Below, one piece after another: positions 56,915-64,000 of a stretch of DNA of 64,000 nt. The DNA is from Octopus sinensis (lineage: Eukaryota), in the NCBI RefSeq assembly GCF_006345805.1, contig NC_043008.1, forward strand, positions 29,946,001-30,010,000. The letters run 5' to 3'. The notes under the pieces were generated by a model. That model was given only the letters and a program-made list of their open reading frames with translations. It did not search any database and was not told the DNA's origin. Positions within the stretch are counted from its first letter, which is position 1; every line of letters starts with the position of its first letter. The position numbers and the translations under genes are program-made.

Positions 56915-57260
56915 AGGTAGAAGGCCAGAAATATTTGGGGGAGGGGCACAGTCGATTAGATCGACCCTAGTATGCAACTGGTACTTAGTTTATCGGCCCC
57001 GAAATGTTAAGTCGACCTCCGGGGAATTTGATCTCAGAACGTAAAGATAGACGAAATACCTATTTCTTTACTACCCACAAGGGGCTAAACAGAGGGGTCA
57101 AACAAAGACATACAAACGGATTAAGTCGATTACATCGACCCCAGTGCGTAACTGGTACTTAATTTATCGACAAAGTCGACCTCGGCGGAGTTGAACCCAA
57201 AACGTAACGGCAGACTAAGCATTTTGCGCGGCCTACTAACGTTTCTGCCAGCTCGCTGCA
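56915..57260 (-). mobile_element. Tandem or nested SINE family B copies
   Basis: Two successive GTCGATTA(C/G)ATCGACCC..ACTGGTACTTA..GTCGACCTC..CAGAACGTAA-like units joined at GAAATACC/TATTTC. Confidence 0.85.
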
Positions 57261-57579
57261 TTACAAACTATTCAGTATTATAAACTCTTATAAACGTTTT
57301 CGTAAGGACAAAACGGTTGGAAATACTGAAGCAAACTGAATTGGAAATAGGTTAGTCTTTCAATACTTAGTGACATATGAGTTCAAATAGAAGTGGGAAT
57401 GTATATATTGTTGCATATCTCGGCTAATAACTCACTAAGTATGTAAGAGACGCTCTAATACATATTTACATGAAGTAAAATGTTGCTTAACACATCTGTA
57501 AATATTTTGTCAGCAGCCAAACAAAAATTTAACGGTAGTTACTTGCAATATAACAATATTGTTGATTTCAAATATTGAC

Positions 57580-57770
57580 AAAATACCAGAAATTTCGGTG
57601 AAGGGTTTTAGTTGATTATATCGACCCCAGTGTTCAACTGGTACTCATTTTATCGATCTCAAATAGAGAAGTCGACCCTGTTGGAATTTGAACTCAGAAT
57701 CTGGAGATGGACAAAATGCCGTTTAGTATTTTGTCCGGCGGGCTAACAAATCGCGCAGCTTACTGTCTTC
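57580..57770 (-). mobile_element. SINE family B
   Basis: TATCGACCCCAGTGTTCAACTGGTACTCATTTTATCG..GGAATTTGAACTCAGAAT. Confidence 0.8.
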
Positions 57771-58048
57771 TTTGAAAAAGATTATTTATATGAACCAAAT
57801 TAAATTGCTTTCTGTTGTTGTAATGTGGACTTGACTACACACAGCAATAACTACAAAGCGTTTTCCGGACCTCGAACACACACGCCGAGAAGCTGCATTT
57901 CGTCTATTTTGCTGACAAAATGTGAAGTCTTGAATTGTGTATGTGAGGCTGGGCAACGAAATATGCATTTTTACCGGGAATAAGTTTTCGTGCATTTTGT
58001 GTGTGGAATAAAATGAACGGCGTACGTTTTAGCTCAGTTTTACTTCAG

Positions 58049-58137
58049 TATTGTTCCTGGAGTCCTTTCGCTCAGTTATAGTACGGTGCGAGGAAATGAT
58101 GTTTAGTGCGGTATCATTTAAATGGTTGCCTGAGAAC
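58049..58137 (+). CDS. Candidate coding exon, unverified
   Basis: Acceptor CAGTTTTACTTCAG and donor AAC/GTAAGT bound 89 nt with one open frame: LFLESFRSVIVRCEEMMFSAVSFKWLPEN. Product not recognised. Confidence 0.25.
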
Positions 58138-59144
58138 GTAAGTACATACTATGGATGTATCGATTATATTTTTTATGTTATTGTGCCTTTGAGATTAATT
58201 ATCAATTTGGTGAAACTTATGTATTTGTATTATGCGTGGATATAATGTTCATATGGAGCACATGTTCTAGATTTTAGGGTAAACATTCGGAATTTTAAAC
58301 TTATGTGTTGTATTACTACGTAAATACTATGTAAATGTGTAATACCGCTGCTTCATGGATAGTTTGTCTAAATTTATATTAGAGAGTTTTATCTGAGGAA
58401 TTACAGAGTGATGCGTATCCTATTTCTGATCGTCTTACGGTTACGAATATTGGTCCTAATTAGATGTTTTGAGAGTTTCAAGAGATCTAGCATAATTGTA
58501 CGATTTTTGCATGATTGAACTTCATGTGTTCATCGTAGCTCAATATATACGTTCTAACAATTTCAGCTGTTTTGCCGAGGGGAATTGTTTAATTTTCGTA
58601 TGCTTTGTGCAAGATTGTATCTAACGGAACTGTAAATGAACAGTATGAAGTTTACTTTGCACAGAGCTACATAATTTGTTTTCTTTCGAGTATTAAATAG
58701 TTATACGTTTGCATTGCAGGCACGATTAAATCCTTTTGAGTGTCTTGTAACGTTATTTAAAGTGTTACGTTGCATGTATGCCTGGATGACGGAAATTATT
58801 AGAATTGTTCGAGATCGGATAGACTACATTCAGACATTCTGCACGTTGAGAGAATACCCAAACCAAAACAAATTTTCAGTCATATAATTGGGCTTTTCTT
58901 TTCGTCCCTTCCATCCCCTATATCTCATGAAATCGCGCTCTTTAAATGCTGATAGGATACAACTTTAATTTTTTTCTGTAAATTGTGTAGGGTGCGCGAT
59001 GGCTTGCCAATCTGTTCTATATGGAATTGTCAAAAGCTAGATTGAAAAAAATAAAGGAAGTATTCCTGACATGTATGTGTTTGTATGAGTATATATATAT
59101 ATGTGTGTATGTGTGGTTGTATGTGTCTGTGTGTGCCTGTGTCT

Positions 59145-59180
<36 letters not shown>

Positions 59181-59182
<2 letters not shown>

Positions 59183-59370
59183 CAAATGAAAGACGGAAGA
59201 TTGAATATACGAGAATTTATTTATCACCCGTTGAGATACATCTGCACCGCCGGATGCTCCTAAACCAGTTGTTGAGTGTTCCACCCGTGAGAAATCGATA
59301 GATGTGTTGATACAATTGTCGTGATTAGTAATAAATTCTCGTATATTCCATCTACCATCTTTCATTTGAC
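59181..59370. mobile_element. MITE with ~41-bp imperfect TIRs
   Basis: GGCAAATGAAAGACGGAAGATTGAATATACGAGAATTTATT vs reverse complement of 59330-59370, GTCAAATGAAAGATGGTAGATGGAATATACGAGAATTTATT. Confidence 0.85.
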
Positions 59371-62300
59371 ATATACATAACGATCACATTTGCAAAATAT
59401 TCAAGAGTTATCGCTGCATATTGCTAAAAATATTGTTAAGGTCTGCGCAAAAAAATAGTAACGTAATAGTGATGTAGTAGCTAAATAAATAAAATGTAAT
59501 CTCTCTCTAAGAATATACACTTAATGACATGTATCTTATAGAATTATTTGTTATGGATTGTTATAAATACGTTTCAAAGATTAATACTCCACAGTAAATA
59601 CTAGTAATTTTGTTTCAATGGATCTGTTATTATCAATATTTTTGACTCTGGAAACGCAACTTACTAGATCGTCATGTACGACGGACTGTTCAGCAGAAAT
59701 TGTGTAATTTTCTTATTTTGTATGGTTTTGCTTGTTGTTTTTTGGAGGAAGATATCTGTTATGTGCTATGTGCATATAAGATTTTAAACTTCTACAATAA
59801 ATGTCTATACAGTTTACCATCAAAAGTTATATAGTAAATAAATTAATATGGAGTTCTTTATGAAGTGTTCTGAATCCAGTCATTGTAATATTTTTATTAA
59901 TACTGTCTATTATTTCTTTGTTCAAATTAAATGTTCCTTTTTAAATTTCGATTTATATGTTTAAATTTATATTCATAATGTTTATTCCAAGTTAAGTAGT
60001 CCAGTTTTCCTTCCACAACGATAAATATCGATTTCATGGAAATGCATATACTGATGTATGCAAATATGTCATTGAGGGGGGAAAAGAAATGTAAGTTTTG
60101 GGGCTAAAAACATTTCATGTTTCATCCAATGACATGATTATTCACATTAACTTTTCCTTTTTAATATAGCTAAAAGCATTCTGTAGATAAATATTTCTCG
60201 ATTTTAGAAGTTACCATATTTTACATGGATATTTCTAGCAATCACCAAACATCAAATGTGTCAGCATTCACGTATGCCAAATGTGTTAAACTTGGAAGTT
60301 TGTTCAAAATCACTATATTTTTAAGCATAAATTGTTAGATGTTGCTCTGTAGAAACTGGCATACAACGGATCAAATCCATTTCTGGATTTCTTTTCGTAT
60401 CCCCTTTTTCTCCATAATGAAATGAAAACACTTATTCTGGGAGCCACATTCAGTACAGCTAATTGTTAACAATAGAGCTGTAAAATAATGCAGTTGTCTT
60501 AGCAAGGCCATTCGGAGGTTCATTCTTTGTATTTGCTAAATATACACTTATGAGTGTCATTATACAAACATGGTAGAATATAGGTGCAACTTCGGTTCAC
60601 GCTTGAAGTTATTTCGCTTTAACTGATTCAGAGGGGTGTATCACAGCAGCAATAATATCACACATATGATGAATGCACTGTTATTGATGCAATACAGTTA
60701 TCCTCGAAGGGTGTATATGTATTTGAAATACGTTTAGCTTGAGCAAAAATCAAGCAGCTATTTAGCCTCGTTGCGATCCATGATTATAAATGATTTCAAT
60801 CACTTTTGCTAAATACATTCCATGGGAAAAAACACATTAAAGTTACATAATTGCAGTCTAATCCCCTATAACATACTTTTAGTTTACACATGGCGAACAA
60901 ACTTATGTTAGTTGCATACTAGTAAACAGCGTCACTACTTGGGATGTGTAAGTATAAGCATCGTAGTTTGAATCTAGTCAGATATTATGTTTATTTCGTG
61001 TAACACATGAAGTAATATCGACTGAATATCAAATATTTTGAAATATAAGGTGGTCGGAAATAGTTAATGCAATATTTTAATATTTCAGTTCTAAAATTGA
61101 GGTTGATAGTTCAACAAATTATATTTGTAACGTCTATCAGTTATTTAATTAACAAATAGCTGTCACATTTTATATATTCATAATTTTCGCTCAATTAATT
61201 TTTCAAAAACATCACAAAGATATGGATAATTATTATAATGAATGGGGAGCGTGCTCAATAACTTATCATTCAGTCATTGTATAGTCTAGCAGATACACAT
61301 ATTAATATCTGGTCGATGTCCTTTTGCAAAAACAGAGAATATATATTTTTATTAAACTATCTTTATTCATAACACATGCGATATACTTGTTTAAGGGGAC
61401 TTTGCGACACCGGAGTGTTTCAACTTTGTTCTGCGTCTCCTCAGTCTAATCTACCTCTCTGGACCGATGAATTCGAGAAGACAGCAAACACTTGTTCATA
61501 GAAATCAGCAAACTAACTATTCATTAATGCGTGCCGATGTTTGCTAAGCCGATTGCTCATGAGGAGCTCTCAAAAATTCGAGAGTCTGAATAATAACGTA
61601 ACTAATAATTCTAAACATGTTCTGTTAGATGCATTCAAGTAATGAGATATTCGCATTCAAATCTCTCAGAACGTAGTGAGAAAGATTTATCCACTTGATA
61701 TGTATCAATGCTCATCAGCAAATAAGTTACTTGCTGGTTTCTATAATAAGGGTTTAGGTTCTTGTCTACTTCATATGTCCAACGAGATTTTTCAGACCGA
61801 GGGGAAAAAACAACGCGGTCCAAATATAGCATTCTTTCGAGGCCCCACCATACCAGTAGATCGTGAATGCTATGAATACTCATCATCTAAAGTGTTGACA
61901 TATTCTCCGTTTACAGAAACAGAAGTGATCAGATATCAGCGTTCTAAAATTTCAGGGGGACTAAGTAGTGCCGGGTTTACAGGATGGTGAAGGGTGCAAT
62001 TTTTCTGGACCCCCGCTGTTATTGGGGAGCCTACTGCTACGAAAGATATGCAGCACTCAGTACACACACTACAGGGTGGCCCCTAACTCGCATCTATTTG
62101 ATGTGAAGTGGCTATTTTTCAATATACAAAGGTATCTTGGTTTTTTTAAAATATAATGGATTCAATTTTATGATAAATAGCCATAGATTTTGCCATCTTA
62201 GCGACTCCAATTCATTTAATTAAAAAACAATTTCTTACCCAAAGAACAGCTACAATTTCCTTGGGAATTGTAGCTGCTTTTCGGGTAACTGCAGAAAAAA

Positions 62301-63900
62301 GGAAAACAGAACACACCTGAAAATGTAGTATGTATATTTGTATGTATCTATGTGTGTTTGTGGGTGTGTATATGTGAGTGTGTGCGTGAGTGTATGTGTG
62401 TGTGTGTAAAGATGATCAGATTGATGGAAAGAAGTTTATTGATCTCTAAGTCAAATTCCTCCTTTCAAAGCATTGCTGAACAATGATTTTGAGTTGACCA
62501 CTTGCAGTTGAAGTCACACACACACACACACAGGGTCTGTCGTAGGAGATGCGGAGCCCAATTAGGAGAGAGGGAGGATTTTTGAGGGTTCACCCTATCC
62601 CACTCCCTCCGAATTCTGTGGAAAAAAATCATTTGCAGCATATAAGGAGATGCGTTTAGTTGATAGCACAAGAAGAAAGAAACGAGGAAAAATCATTATT
62701 TCTCACCGAAATCGAGTTAAGTGTTAAAGTATAAACTTACCAAACTTTTTCACCATCAGTAAGCGAAACTACATCTAAACTATACTTTTAAAAAATATTC
62801 TGGCAAAAATTAGAAAGAAATTTAACAAGATACCAAAGAATATTTTATCTGTTACATGATGTTACGCTAAAAGAGACATATTAAATCGTCAAGTATGAAA
62901 TCTGTAGTAAGGTATATGGTAAACTTTGACAGCTGCTTATTTTGCGCTATATATTATATTTTGCTAATCTTTATTTTTTTGTTAGAAATCTGACACATCT
63001 ATTTCTTTGTTCTAACTCATTTTGCGCTTTATAAGGTATTTTGAAATCGTTTTTTGCTATTTTTGATTAGAGATGGATAAGTCGGTAATTCGTACAATTT
63101 TGAAATATGAGTTCTTTCATGGAAATACAGCATCACAGACAGCTCGGAACATTAATGGATTATTAATGGCAAAAGGGTATTGATAATATGGGTGTATGCT
63201 TTGATGAATGAAACTGCATGCTTTTCTTTCCTACAACTTTCATTCTCGACGACCTAATACATAAAAAGCAAATTAATAATCAGAATTCTCGGAAGCTGGT
63301 TATATACTTAACTTATATTTTTTCTATACCCTCTGTTGTAAACACAGTGTTGTCATTGTAGCAAGAAGACTGTTTCTTAGCTATATGGTTCTGGGTTTAG
63401 TACCACTGTGTGACACCAAATATCTCCTCGGTGTGTATGTGTAGGTTTGTGTTCGTGGTTGTCCCAGAAACCTGAATGGGTGTCATTGTAAAGAGATTTT
63501 CTGTTTTGAATAAGAAACAAGAAATTTTATCTTCCCGCCCCAACTCATTCTCTCCCCCACTGTACACATACACACACACACACGCGCGTGTATGTATGTA
63601 TACAATTCACCACACACGAAAAGATACATATACGGACAATCATACACATACAAGCATCAACATGCATACGCATTCATTCACAAAAATACAATGACCTCGA
63701 CCAAACCACTAGGAAAATTAATTGAACTGTAACCTTTGTTTAACCATGTATCTTTGACAGAAATTTCTATGGCCAAAATATTGAATTCTTTTGCACACAC
63801 ATTTAGCCTTTTGCTTTTATCATTTTTTCTATGCTTCCTTAATACATACACACACACACGCATGCACATTATATATATATATAATATATATATATATATA

Positions 63901-64000
63901 TAAGCGGTTCGGCAAAAGAGACCGATAGAATAAGTACTGGGCTTACAAAGAATAAGTCCCGGGGTCGATTTGCTCGACTAAAGGCGGTGCTCCAGCATGG
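63901..64000 (+). mobile_element. SINE family A 3' half (runs off window)
   Basis: AGCGGTTCGGCAAAAGAGACCGATAGAATAAGTACT..CTAAAGGCGGTGCTCCAGCATGG. Confidence 0.92.

Overview
AT-rich, microsatellite-saturated eukaryotic DNA with no long intact ORF. The SINE, MITE and LINE repertoire resembles octopus (coleoid cephalopod) genomes; this is inferred from recalled repeat families, not from a search. Nearly all long six-frame ORFs are artefacts of (TA)n, (CA)n, (TATC)n or triplet repeats. Supported elements: degenerate RTE-like LINEs (561-1225, ~28100-29200); an R4/Dong-type RLE LINE in two pieces beside or within (TAA)n tracts (11400-12650); a two-headed mariner remnant (18851-19680); an APE-LINE remnant (21480-22935); two MITEs; a Penelope-like remnant; a Tc1-like element; a Helitron RepHel pseudogene (47535-50400); and many tRNA-derived SINEs, mostly on the minus strand. 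The most interesting signal is a family of ~200-bp non-coding elements ending in (TA)n that carry minimal type-I hammerhead ribozyme-like motifs (26287-26321, 40991-41028, 47057-47094; degenerate copy 30083-30126). These have an extra A after A9, a palindromic stem III, non-canonical cores and compensatory stem-I changes between subfamilies. A host gene cannot be identified; only a few unverified short candidate exons were seen.
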